Of a stretch of DNA of 63,692 bases, positions 10,461 through 20,202 are shown in pieces. Within the stretch, counting starts at the first letter, position 1; the number at the start of each line of letters is the position of its first letter. The notes beneath the pieces are model-generated. The model ran no database searches. It had not been told where the DNA came from and worked only from the letters and a program-made list of their open reading frames with translations. The DNA comes from an uncultured archaeon (lineage in GTDB: Archaea; Asgardarchaeota; Thorarchaeia; Thorarchaeales; Thorarchaeaceae): positions 1 to 63,692 of the forward strand of contig CAYYQL010000014.1 in assembly GCA_964473825.1 (NCBI GenBank), written 5' to 3'. Position numbers and translations under genes: made by a program.

Positions 10461-10724
10461 TGGGTTGACTCCTAGTATTGTGTGGAGGTTTTTGTGTGCG
10501 ATTTAAGCATAGCGACCTGGGAGCGTCTGGCTCTTTGAGACCTGAGTATCCTTTGACAAGGTAGAGCAGATGAGTGTTAGAACACAACCTTTAACCGAAC
10601 AAGAATAGACGAACCAGTAAGTGCTGAGCTGGGCTATCGAAAGCGATTAATACAGCCCAAAATACGAAAGGCCAATTGAAGGGTCTGTCCCATCGACTCA
10701 GCAAAGACGATAACACGGAGTAAC

Positions 10725-12548
10725 ATGACAGTGCGAGTATATCTAGACGCAAATTTCTTCATATCAGGATTCAGTGAAAGACCAAAGGATGTCCACTTGA
10801 TCAAACAGGCAGCTGACCAGCTGAACATGGAACTGTGGATCAGCCGGCAAGTCTTTCATGAACTGCGCTGGTACTTGAGGCGAGAGGTTGAAACCATAAT
10901 ACAGATTGATGAGACTCTCATGAAGGATATCAAGCGATTGATTGATGACATCAAGAGGCCCGAGAGCAGTCTTCCACAACCGAATGACATGTCTCTCATC
11001 CTTGCAGCCATGAGGGCTAAGGGTGCGAAGATTGTCACATCTGACATGAAACTACTCAACACAATCCAGGATTTGAAAATCGAAGTAGATGGGATTGTAG
11101 GTTCTGCTTTCGTGCTTGAGCTGATTGAGTCCTTGGAAGATGACGCCCTCAAGAAGAAGTTGTCCTCGATTCGTGAGAGAATCTACGCCGAAGAGGTCAG
11201 ATACAGCATTTCGAGAAGGGAGGCATATGACCCTGTCACGAGGATCAGGATTATTGAAGAACATGCGTTAAGAGTCATCAAGACCGTGAAGCGTCCCGCC
11301 CACGACTTAGACCGGAAGCTTTCGAAGGGTCAACCCCTGTTCGTGTTGGACTTCTTGGAAGACATCAAGGCAGGTATTCCTGACATGTTTGATGACTTCA
11401 AGTTGGGTCGGTATGATACTCTTGCTGACGAGATAGAAGCAGTTCAGAATGAAATAGAACGTCTGTTGATCGTGTCTACTCTTACACAAAACAGCGAAAC
11501 CCATCAGGCACTAGTAGAGCATGCCTCGAACCTCACGCTATTCCTCTATTATCTTCAGATGGTCTGTCAGCTGTACCGAGGAACCCGTGAAGGAGTCGAT
11601 GAGGCCATTGTGATCAGCGACGAGGCGTTCAGGTTGCTGATGTTTGCCGCCGTGACCAATGACGAGCTGAAAGCACTGGTGTTCTTCGTACGAATCATAC
11701 TTGGTCTCATCCGTGAAGATTACGAAGAGATAGACTACTACTATTCTCTCTATGACGGAATGCTCGACCGTGCCGGTCTGGAGCAGATGAAAGAGACCTC
11801 TGAGGGCCTCTATGTGACCATGCAGATACTACGGAAGTTCATGGGCGGTTTCTCTCTGAGAAAGACAAAGCTAGATTACGCAGAGGTGACCATTGCAATG
11901 CTCAATGACATTGCGAAATACTTCATTCAGTTTGACCAGCACCAGAATGCTTGGCAGCTCTCTGCCAATGCGTACAAGGTCGGTGTAGCCTATAATGTAG
12001 AGGAGGGAGCCAGACAGTCCTTTTTGATGCTCTATAAGGTCTCGTCTTCTGCAGACGACAAATACAACAACGGTCTTGAGAAGATAGCAGAGAACGCTCT
12101 AAAGATGTTCATCAAGAAACAGTGGAACACAAATCAGATTACTCCCATTCTCAATCAAGTTCAAGGCAATCCCAATCCCGTTGGTGACATAGGCACCGAA
12201 GGACCTGTTCCGCTTGAGGAGCTGCCAGAGGAATTGCATGGATGGATGGACGTTCTCTCTGTTCAAGCCATTGAGGGACACGAAACCCTCGTGGTATTCA
12301 GCGAGAAGATGAAAGCACGTGTTGGCGTAGACGTTTCAATGCACCCTGAACTCAGGGAGTTGAAGACGGGACACAAGATTGCCCTTGTAAGCGGCGAGTT
12401 TGATTTATCGATTGCACCGGACTATGTGGTTTCTAACTACGCAGTGATGCTCTTGGTTACTCCAAGTGAGGGTTCAGAGATATCCTACGAGGGAGAATAC
12501 GGCTTTCGGTATCTCGAAGTCGCAGAGCCAGATGAGATCGAGAACTGA
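10725..12548 (+). CDS. PIN-domain protein with long helical (TPR-like) middle and C-terminal beta domain
   Basis: YLDANFFI, V.HEL, NDMSLI, IVTSD acidic PIN motifs; amphipathic helices downstream. Confidence 0.75.
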   Translation: MTVRVYLDANFFISGFSERPKDVHLIKQAADQLNMELWISRQVFHELRWYLRREVETIIQIDETLMKDIKRLIDDIKRPESSLPQPNDMSLILAAMRAKGAKIVTSDMKLLNTIQDLKIEVDGIVGSAFVLELIESLEDDALKKKLSSIRERIYAEEVRYSISRREAYDPVTRIRIIEEHALRVIKTVKRPAHDLDRKLSKGQPLFVLDFLEDIKAGIPDMFDDFKLGRYDTLADEIEAVQNEIERLLIVSTLTQNSETHQALVEHASNLTLFLYYLQMVCQLYRGTREGVDEAIVISDEAFRLLMFAAVTNDELKALVFFVRIILGLIREDYEEIDYYYSLYDGMLDRAGLEQMKETSEGLYVTMQILRKFMGGFSLRKTKLDYAEVTIAMLNDIAKYFIQFDQHQNAWQLSANAYKVGVAYNVEEGARQSFLMLYKVSSSADDKYNNGLEKIAENALKMFIKKQWNTNQITPILNQVQGNPNPVGDIGTEGPVPLEELPEELHGWMDVLSVQAIEGHETLVVFSEKMKARVGVDVSMHPELRELKTGHKIALVSGEFDLSIAPDYVVSNYAVMLLVTPSEGSEISYEGEYGFRYLEVAEPDEIEN

Positions 12549-12571
12549 TAGTAAGTAGTTGGTGGAAAGGG

Positions 12572-13024
12572 TTGGATGCTCTTACAGTTGCTCTGGTTAG
12601 CATTGGTGTAGCTGTTGCAGCTCTGATCAACTACTATCTCAATAGAGCCCACGGGTCAGACCCAGATGATTTCTCGATTGGCCCTCCCCAATTGGGCATA
12701 AGATGTGATTGCATCTTCAATATTTTGGTTTTGGGCGGAATCGTGGTTATTGCGCTGGCCGTTTCTTCCTCCATCTTCTCAACGCGATCAGAACTTTATG
12801 TCATCGGTATCTCTGCCTTTTGTGTGATCACTGCAGCAGGATACCTTGGACGGAGGCGACGATACCAGGAGTGGCAAGAAATGGCCAAAGTCTTCAAAAG
12901 GGCTCTGCCGGACTCGAGTTTTAGCTACTCTTCTGACAGGCAGCAGGCAGGTCTCTCGTTCGACGATTATGCCTACGATGATGATGATGACGAGGATGAG
13001 TCTGACTATTGGTTTGAGGATTAG
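12572..13024 (+). CDS. Small 3-TM membrane protein with acidic C-tail
   Basis: TTG start after GGTGG; three hydrophobic segments; DDDDDEDESD tail. Confidence 0.75.
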   Translation: MDALTVALVSIGVAVAALINYYLNRAHGSDPDDFSIGPPQLGIRCDCIFNILVLGGIVVIALAVSSSIFSTRSELYVIGISAFCVITAAGYLGRRRRYQEWQEMAKVFKRALPDSSFSYSSDRQQAGLSFDDYAYDDDDDEDESDYWFED

Positions 13025-13029
13025 CGCGT

Positions 13030-13383
13030 TTAGCCTACTTTGTCATTCTTCAAGTTTGGTGTCTTGATTGCAATCACTCGGAGAGGAATCTCATGATTTG
13101 CTTCGAACCAATGCCGCTCGCCCCGTTCCACAACAACCACATCTCCCCCTTTGAGCTCAATTCCCTTGCCATCAATGCCTATTATTCCTTGGTCCAATGG
13201 AATGAAGATCTCTTCAAGATGATTGTGTGCATGTGGTTTGGTCTGCCCACCAGCCTCAATGTCAACGAGTATCACTCCTGCACTTCCTATGGCTTTACTG
13301 AACAGCAGGTCTGCCACATACGTTGCAGAATAGCCCTCTTTCATCACCGAGTCTACATCCTCCATTCTATAAATCTTCACCAT
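13030..13383 (-). CDS. Cupin domain protein
   Basis: PHAHNHLEEIF and GDVVVVERGERH cupin motifs. Confidence 0.9.
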   Translation of the reverse strand: MVKIYRMEDVDSVMKEGYSATYVADLLFSKAIGSAGVILVDIEAGGQTKPHAHNHLEEIFIPLDQGIIGIDGKGIELKGGDVVVVERGERHWFEANHEIPLRVIAIKTPNLKNDKVG

Positions 13384-13463
13384 TCTACTATCTCCCAGAG
13401 TCCTTCAACTGGATTTTTGTTCCGGTCAGTTGGTCTTCTAATTAGAGTCTGATGGTAGCAGTA

Positions 13464-13583
13464 TTATTCGGGTTCATCTTCGTCTACTTCCGGAATAACA
13501 TCCGGAAAGTCATCGTATTTCATTTCTCTATCGTTTCTGCAACGGAACTTGTGTTTGTTGAATCTGATTCTTGACAATGGCAA
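13464..13583 (-). CDS. Putative ~39-aa microprotein (basic N-half, acidic C-half)
   Basis: TTG start 5 nt after GGGAG; MPLSRIRFNKHKFRCRNDREMKYDDFPDVIPEVDEDEPE; co-oriented with cupin. Confidence 0.4.
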   Translation of the reverse strand: MPLSRIRFNKHKFRCRNDREMKYDDFPDVIPEVDEDEPE

Positions 13584-13806
13584 GTCTTCTCCCTTTGTGG
13601 CATATACAGTACTCTGATGCAAGTTATAGATTGGATATGCTATCCACACATATTGCGTGAATATGCATCCCTTCCCGGTTGAGCTCTTCGCGAGCTTCTT
13701 CCCTTATAGCCGTTGTCGCTACAAGGTATTTATCATCCTTCGAAAAACATGGAGTAGCACCGGATTATGCGGTGAGTTATCGGTTTTGGCTTGGATGTGA
13801 CTTGAA

Positions 13807-14310
13807 TTGAAACAGATGATTGCGGTAATTGGCGGTTCGTCGGCTGGAGACAAGGCGCTTACATACGCTGAGCAACTTGGAAAGGAGATTGCATCTCGCG
13901 GGGCAGTCTTGGTTTGTGGTGGCCTCGGAGGTGTCATGGAAGCGGCTTGTAAGGGCGCGAAGAGCATGGGCGGCACCACAGTGGGGATACTGCCCACGGA
14001 TACACACAACCATGCGAACCAGTTCGTTGACATTGCAATCCCCACTGGGCTGGGATACGCTCGGAATTTCCTTGTCGCCAAGAGTGGTCATGCAGTGATC
14101 GCCATCGATGGGTCGGCCGGAACTCTGAGCGAGATGGCGATTGCGTGGTTCTCCGACCGTCCAATCATAGCACTCGAGCCATCAGGCGGCTGGGCAGCTG
14201 AATTGGCCGGTAAGAAGATCGATAGTCGACGGGAAGACTGCGTCTATGCTGCTACGACCCCGAAGGACGCAGTTGATATCGCCTTTGAAGCATTGAAACG
14301 GAGCTCTTGA
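13807..14310 (+). CDS. LOG/TIGR00725-like Rossmann-fold nucleotide-binding protein
   Basis: IAVIGGS, CGGLGGVMEAA, TGLGYARN, GSAGTLSE. Confidence 0.9.
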   Translation: MKQMIAVIGGSSAGDKALTYAEQLGKEIASRGAVLVCGGLGGVMEAACKGAKSMGGTTVGILPTDTHNHANQFVDIAIPTGLGYARNFLVAKSGHAVIAIDGSAGTLSEMAIAWFSDRPIIALEPSGGWAAELAGKKIDSRREDCVYAATTPKDAVDIAFEALKRSS

Positions 14311-14350
14311 TTGGGAAGGACCCATAAGGAACAATGAATACTCACGCTCT

Positions 14351-15214
14351 GTGAGTGTGAAGGCCTGCATGAAGATAGCGCGTGACTTGGTGGAGAGAGG
14401 AAATGAACCTGACCGGGATGAGGTTCGACAGCTGATTCAAGAGGTTTCAGACCAGCTGGCATCCAAACCCAACGTTGTGCGGATACCAGAAGGGAATCTG
14501 GCTATAATAGGTGACTTACATGGTGAGTATTCTTCTCTGGATGCAGTAATGAGAGAATACCTTCGAACCGATCGACATTTGGTCTTCCTAGGGGATTACG
14601 CCGACAGAGGACCGGAGCAGGTTCGAACTATCAACACGGTGATTGCTCTCTCATTGCTCTACCCGGAGCGCGTGACAATCATACGGGGCAATCATGAATC
14701 GAGAGAGATTGCTCAAGTGTACGGATTCTATAATGCTGTCAATCGAGAGTATGGGCGAGACCTGTTCAGAGAGTACTGCCGATTCTTCGAGGTAATCCCT
14801 CTTGCGGCCTACAGCAACTCCGGCATCTTCTGCTGCCACGGAGGCATTCCCGAAGGACTCAACTCTCTTGACCAACTCCAGTCGATTGACCGCTTCGATC
14901 AGAATTTCAGGAATGATACTGTTTTCCAGATGGTTTGGAACGACCCGCAAGAGGGTGACTTCATGTTCCGACCCAACAGGAGGTCCGCTAGAGCACGGAT
15001 ATTTGGAAAGAAGGCCTTTGACAGATTCAGTGAGAATCTGGGTGTTTCTCGTATGTTTCGGGCCCACGAGGCCTTTGCCAATGGGTACCAGACATTCTTC
15101 GACAACCGTCTCATCAGTGTTTTCTCTGCCTCGTACAGAGGAATGGCTGAACCAAAAGTCATCTTGGCGAACACTGATGGTTCTTTCGACCTCCATAGTA
15201 TTGATTCAGAGTGA
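14351..15214 (+). CDS. PPP-family Ser/Thr protein phosphatase
   Basis: GDLHG, GDYADRG, RGNHE, HGG, WNDP, RAHE, SVFSASY motifs. Confidence 0.92.
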   Translation: MSVKACMKIARDLVERGNEPDRDEVRQLIQEVSDQLASKPNVVRIPEGNLAIIGDLHGEYSSLDAVMREYLRTDRHLVFLGDYADRGPEQVRTINTVIALSLLYPERVTIIRGNHESREIAQVYGFYNAVNREYGRDLFREYCRFFEVIPLAAYSNSGIFCCHGGIPEGLNSLDQLQSIDRFDQNFRNDTVFQMVWNDPQEGDFMFRPNRRSARARIFGKKAFDRFSENLGVSRMFRAHEAFANGYQTFFDNRLISVFSASYRGMAEPKVILANTDGSFDLHSIDSE

Positions 15215-15334
15215 TTCCCGACGGGACAGGTGCCAAGTAGTGCAGCTGTACAATGCCTTACATTGAGGCAAATTATTAAGGCAAGTCGTTCCGAACAGAC
15301 CCGTCACGCAAGACCCACGAGAGCAGCTTGAGAG

Positions 15335-16423
15335 ATGAATGCAATGCCCAAAGTCGCAGTGGTGAAGACCTCACCAAAGACAGTTTTCGATGATATCGCA
15401 CGATTAATGGATTTGGCGGAATACGATCGGCATATGTCGAAAAATGTTATGACAACCATCAAGCTGAACCTCTCTTGGAGCAAGTTCTACCCAGCCTGTT
15501 CTACCAATCCATATATCCTCGACGGCGTGCTTCGAAAACTCATCTCTGATGGATTTGACAATCAATCGATTCAGGCTGTTGAGAATGAGACTGTTGTTAC
15601 AAACATCTACGAGGGCGTCAAGAAGAACAACTGGTATCCTGTCATGCGCAAGCACAAGATTAGCTTTCTCCCACTCATCAATGCCAACTACGTTGATGTC
15701 GAACTCCCACAAGAGACCCTTGTCCTTGAGGATATCTTTGGAGAAGTCATCGCTCCTGAGGATATATTTGACACAAACATCATGCATCTTCCAACCATAA
15801 AGACACATGGCCATACTCAGATGACTGGTGCGATGAAGGACTCATTTGGTCTCTATCTCACGAAGAACCGTCATCTTGCTCATCTGAAGATACACGAAGT
15901 CCTTGTTGACCTCTTACTTCTTCAGAAGACAATTTCACACTCCGAGTTTGTTGTGACCGATGGAACGGTGATGGGTGACGGGGCGGGACCAAGAACAATG
16001 GAACCTAAGATTGGCAACATTCTCTTGGCTACACACGACATGGTTGCGGCGGATACAGTTCAGACGAGGCTCATGGGTCTCGACCAAATCCTGGTCAGAA
16101 AGCTTCAGATTGCGAAGGAACTGGGTCTTGGTGAGAATGATCCTGAAAGCATCAAGATTGTCGGAGATTTCGAGTCGTGGGAGGATCTGCCAAATTACCA
16201 TCTCAAGACCGGCAAGAGCCCAGTTATAACATGGAACCGAGGATTTCTACGTTTCCCCGGGATGGAAACATTTCTATTCAGGTCTCCTCTCATGTGGCTG
16301 CCTACTCAGCTATCGGGTCTCTATCATGACGGTATCTGGCTTCCTCTATTTGGAAGGAAATGGGTCAACTGGTTCCTTGAAGAAACTGAGTGGGGCGAGC
16401 TCTGGAATTCATACTCTCAATAA
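15335..16423 (+). CDS. DUF362 family protein
   Basis: IKLNL, LPTIKTH, TGAMKDSFG, DG..GDGAGP, DMVAADTV motifs. Confidence 0.8.
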   Translation: MNAMPKVAVVKTSPKTVFDDIARLMDLAEYDRHMSKNVMTTIKLNLSWSKFYPACSTNPYILDGVLRKLISDGFDNQSIQAVENETVVTNIYEGVKKNNWYPVMRKHKISFLPLINANYVDVELPQETLVLEDIFGEVIAPEDIFDTNIMHLPTIKTHGHTQMTGAMKDSFGLYLTKNRHLAHLKIHEVLVDLLLLQKTISHSEFVVTDGTVMGDGAGPRTMEPKIGNILLATHDMVAADTVQTRLMGLDQILVRKLQIAKELGLGENDPESIKIVGDFESWEDLPNYHLKTGKSPVITWNRGFLRFPGMETFLFRSPLMWLPTQLSGLYHDGIWLPLFGRKWVNWFLEETEWGELWNSYSQ

Positions 16424-16435
16424 AAGGTGAAATGC

Positions 16436-17383
16436 ATGGCGTTCAGCGACTATCTAAGAATGATGCGGCCACATCAATGGTATAAGAACACTCTTGTCTT
16501 CCTAGCTATCATCTTTGGAAGGATCACGATAGATGATATTGAATATCCCACTCTATTCCTCCTCGACAAGTACTTTCCATTACTTGTAGGCTTCGTCATT
16601 CTATGTATGATTTCTGGTGCAGGCTATCTGTTGAATGATATAGCAGATTTAGAGAAGGACGCTGCTCACCCTGAAAAGAGAGAACGTCCTCTTCCCTCAG
16701 GTTCTGCCTCCCCTCGAGTTGCGGCAGTCCTGGCTTTAGGTCTGATGGCCGGCGGTCTGATTCTTTCCACATTCAACACCATGTTCTTGCTGGTCGTCAT
16801 TCTCTACATCATCAACTCTCAAGCATACAATCACTTCCTGCGCAACTATGCTGTCGTTGACGTTTCTACAATAGCCATTGGCTTCATACTTCGAGCTATT
16901 GCGGGCGCGTTCCTGATACGAGTTCCCTTCACCTCTTGGTTGGTTATTGGGGTCTATTTCGTTGCGCTTGTGCTCGGATTCGGGAAGCGAAAGAATGAGT
17001 TGCAACTCATGGGCGAAGATGCTGCTGAGCATAAACCCGTGTTTACGCAATACACCGAGCAGATGCTTGATCAAGGTGTTCAGATGTCTGCAACATGGGT
17101 GGTTCTCTTCTATGCGCTCTATTGCTACGAGAACTACCGTGCGGTCATGCTGGAACAACCGGTCATGCTTACGATTCCGTTTGTTGCTGGGTTGGTACTG
17201 CGTTACCTGTATCTTCTCAACAATGGGAGTCCCGTTGGCCGTAAACCACATCTTGCAATCCGTGATAAGGGCATACTAGTGGGCAGCATCTTATTCGGGC
17301 TTGTGCTGTTCTGGACCCTCTTTTTCTGGGTTCCAGTTTTGGATTTCGTCTTGGAGTTATTTCCACCGCTCTACTATTGGTGA
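16436..17383 (+). CDS. UbiA-family prenyl-phosphate phosphoribosyltransferase (DPPR synthase-like)
   Basis: MRPHQWYKN, YLLNDIADLEKDAAHPEKRERPLPSG, GFILRAIAG, FGKRKNEL. Confidence 0.88.
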   Translation: MAFSDYLRMMRPHQWYKNTLVFLAIIFGRITIDDIEYPTLFLLDKYFPLLVGFVILCMISGAGYLLNDIADLEKDAAHPEKRERPLPSGSASPRVAAVLALGLMAGGLILSTFNTMFLLVVILYIINSQAYNHFLRNYAVVDVSTIAIGFILRAIAGAFLIRVPFTSWLVIGVYFVALVLGFGKRKNELQLMGEDAAEHKPVFTQYTEQMLDQGVQMSATWVVLFYALYCYENYRAVMLEQPVMLTIPFVAGLVLRYLYLLNNGSPVGRKPHLAIRDKGILVGSILFGLVLFWTLFFWVPVLDFVLELFPPLYYW

Positions 17384-17388
17384 GCTCT

Positions 17389-18060
17389 ATGAGTGGACGT
17401 ATGTCAGCCTTTGATATGCATAGTCACAGTTTCCACTCAAAAGATGGGATGATTCATCTCAGCGACTTCTTCCCCTTGATGAAGCGCCGAGGCCTCAGGG
17501 GGATGGCGCTTACAGAGCATGAGAAACCCTCTATACTCAAACCGATACAGCACGATGGCCGCTTTCTGCTAAATGGCTGCGAGTTCAAGTCCACGGATTT
17601 TGGAGAACTCATCGGATTATTCGTTTCAGAACCTATCACGAATCGATCCTTTGGTGAGATAGCCGAAGACATCCATGACCAGAATGGCCTCACCATCCTG
17701 CCCCACCCATGCGACCCACTACGGAAACATACAGCTGTTCGTAGAGGATTGCCGAAGGAATTGATTGTCAAGCATGTTGATCTGATTGAGGGTATCAACT
17801 CTAGGTGCATCATTGACCTATTCAACAAGAAAGCTCAGAAGCTTGCAAAACAACTTGAAAAGCCTATGACTGCGGGCAGTGATGGTCATAGCTTCCTTGA
17901 GGTGGGACATGCGAGGACTTGGTTACAAGATGTTGAAGATGTGGGAGATATCTATGAGGCGCTAAAGGCAGGGAGAACACAGATCTCTGGATATTGCTCA
18001 CTACCTTTATGGCACGTACCTACTGTTCTCTGGCAACGGGTAAGGAAGCTGGGAAGATGA
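17389..18060 (+). CDS. PHP-domain metal-dependent phosphoesterase
   Basis: DMHSHS.HS.DG, ALTEH, PHP, AGSDGH. Confidence 0.88.
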   Translation: MSGRMSAFDMHSHSFHSKDGMIHLSDFFPLMKRRGLRGMALTEHEKPSILKPIQHDGRFLLNGCEFKSTDFGELIGLFVSEPITNRSFGEIAEDIHDQNGLTILPHPCDPLRKHTAVRRGLPKELIVKHVDLIEGINSRCIIDLFNKKAQKLAKQLEKPMTAGSDGHSFLEVGHARTWLQDVEDVGDIYEALKAGRTQISGYCSLPLWHVPTVLWQRVRKLGR

Positions 18061-19100
18061 CCGAAGAATCGGAACTTGACGAAGGCAACGAGAAGCCTCT
18101 CATCAGCGTGCGCAACCTGATTCTGTTTGTATTCATTGGGATGATCATCTACTTGGTCATCCTATTCTATGGACGGATTGATGAAGTCCTGTCTGCGATA
18201 GGATCTATTCCATGGTGGTGGGCTATCCCTGCAATGATGGGGTTGTCTCTCATCAATTATGGTATTCGCTATCTGAAATGGAACTACTATCTTAGACGCA
18301 TTGATGTCAATCTTTCACACATAGACTCCTTCAGTATATTCCTGGCTGGATTCACATTGACTGTGTCTCCTGGTAAGATAGGGGAGGCCATCAAAGGCTA
18401 CTTCTGTAACGAGCTCGATGGAACACCTGTAGCTAAGACCTTTCCCGTGGTGATATCTGAGCGAGTGACGGACCTGTTGGCTATGGTCTTGCTGGCGATG
18501 CTGGCTTTCATCATCGGATTCGGTGGAGAGAATCAACTCGTCCTCCTTGGTCTTGTCGGAGTTGCTGTGGTGGTTGCAGCACTAGTACTTGGTAATCGAA
18601 CATTCTATGAGAGGATTCTGCAGAAACTGACTTCGATTGGTCCATTGAAGCGATTTCAGGACAGCTGTGATAAGATTGAAGAGACCATGACAAGCACGCT
18701 TTCACCGGAACCCCTTGTGGTGAGCACTCTGATCAGCATCCCTGGTTGGTTTATGGAGTGCCTTGAGCTCTGGCTTCTGCTTAGTCTTATCACTGGCGGA
18801 GGGTTACCGAGCCTGGCTCCCTCATCACTTGCACTGCTTGTTCAGGCGACATTTGTGCATGCCACTGCCTCTTCGATAGGAGCAGTCCTTATTTTCCTAC
18901 CCGGTGGTCTTGGAGGTTACGAGGGTGTGGCCATATCCATAATGGAGATTCTTGTCGGCATTGCAAGGAACCTCGCTGTTGCTTCAACGATAATCATCCG
19001 ATTTGTGACTCTGTGGTTCAGTGTGGCGGTCGGCTTTGTCGGCCTTGGAATCGTTCAGCATAGGAAACGCTTTCGAGAAGCGGCCATGCACCAAGCTTAA
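18057..19100 (+). CDS. UPF0104 / lysylphosphatidylglycerol synthase TM-domain (flippase-like) protein
   Basis: R..KW..YL, PGKIGE..K, ERVTD, PGGLGGYEG, IIRFVTLW; ATGA overlap with PHP gene. Confidence 0.85.
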   Translation: MTEESELDEGNEKPLISVRNLILFVFIGMIIYLVILFYGRIDEVLSAIGSIPWWWAIPAMMGLSLINYGIRYLKWNYYLRRIDVNLSHIDSFSIFLAGFTLTVSPGKIGEAIKGYFCNELDGTPVAKTFPVVISERVTDLLAMVLLAMLAFIIGFGGENQLVLLGLVGVAVVVAALVLGNRTFYERILQKLTSIGPLKRFQDSCDKIEETMTSTLSPEPLVVSTLISIPGWFMECLELWLLLSLITGGGLPSLAPSSLALLVQATFVHATASSIGAVLIFLPGGLGGYEGVAISIMEILVGIARNLAVASTIIIRFVTLWFSVAVGFVGLGIVQHRKRFREAAMHQA

Positions 19101-19127
19101 AACATCGTCAAGATTTCATTCGCAATT

Positions 19128-20174
19128 GTGAGGCAAATGTCGGGAATCAAGGACCCACAGAATCCGTCATTCGAGATTGCGGTCAAGAATGCTGAAGAAG
19201 TCGTGACCGAGGAAGAGATTCGGACAATAGTAGAAGGAAAATCTGGATTCAACTTCTATTATGGTACTGCACCGACAGGCCCATTTCATTTTGCATATCT
19301 GATTCCGCTCAACAAACTCGTTCAGTTGTCTGACATAGGCGGCCGTGGGACGATTCTCCTGGCTGACTATCACTCCCATCTTGACTCTCAGAAGACCTCT
19401 TTTGAGCTCATGGAGCTTCGATCCAAGTACTACGAGGAATGCATCCGTGGAGTGTTAGGTGAGCATTCGAAAAAGATGGAGTTCCGGCTCGGTTCTAGCT
19501 ATCAGCATAAGCGCGATTATGTTGAGGATCTTTATCGGGTTGCGGCCAAGGTCACAACAACGCGAGCAAAGAGAGCCGCTAGCGAAGTCGTCCGCATGCG
19601 AGGAGAAGCGAAGGTTTCCGAGCTTTTGTACCCTCTTCTGCAGATTCTTGATGTCAAGTACCTCAAAGCGGACATAACGGTCGGCGGCATCGATCAACGG
19701 AACATCTACATGCTGGGTCGTGAAGTCCTCGAGGATGTGGACTTCAAGAAGGGCAGCTACATCTTCATGCCATTGCTTCCATCTCTTAGAGGTGGGGGTG
19801 CAAAGATGTCCGCCAGTGACCCTCTTTCCCATATCCGGGTGACGGATGAACCTGCTGCTATTCGTCGAACAATCAAAAAGGCATACTGTCCTGCAGGTGA
19901 TCTAACAGCAAACGCAATCACCTCCACAGTCCGCTACATCATCATGCCTCGCTTCGGGAAGCTTGAGATTGAGAGAAAGGAGAGGTTCGGCGGAGATGTG
20001 AGCTTCGATTCGATTGATGCATTTGAGGAAGCATATGTCAGCGAAGATATCCATCCCATGGACGTAAAGAAGGCCGTTTCCGAGGCACTGATTGATCTGC
20101 TCGAACCTGCCCGCGAGTATTTCGTGAAGCATCAGGACTTGCTCGAAGAAGTTGAGAAGACCTTTGAGACCTAA
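19128..20174 (+). CDS. tyrS: Tyrosine--tRNA ligase (archaeal/eukaryal type)
   Basis: YYGTAPTG..HFAY (HIGH-like), LADYH, YPLLQILD, GGIDQR, KMSAS, IHPMDVK. Confidence 0.95.
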   Translation: MRQMSGIKDPQNPSFEIAVKNAEEVVTEEEIRTIVEGKSGFNFYYGTAPTGPFHFAYLIPLNKLVQLSDIGGRGTILLADYHSHLDSQKTSFELMELRSKYYEECIRGVLGEHSKKMEFRLGSSYQHKRDYVEDLYRVAAKVTTTRAKRAASEVVRMRGEAKVSELLYPLLQILDVKYLKADITVGGIDQRNIYMLGREVLEDVDFKKGSYIFMPLLPSLRGGGAKMSASDPLSHIRVTDEPAAIRRTIKKAYCPAGDLTANAITSTVRYIIMPRFGKLEIERKERFGGDVSFDSIDAFEEAYVSEDIHPMDVKKAVSEALIDLLEPAREYFVKHQDLLEEVEKTFET

Positions 20175-20202
20175 AGGGAGGACTAAGACTCCCCCATGGC
20201 CT

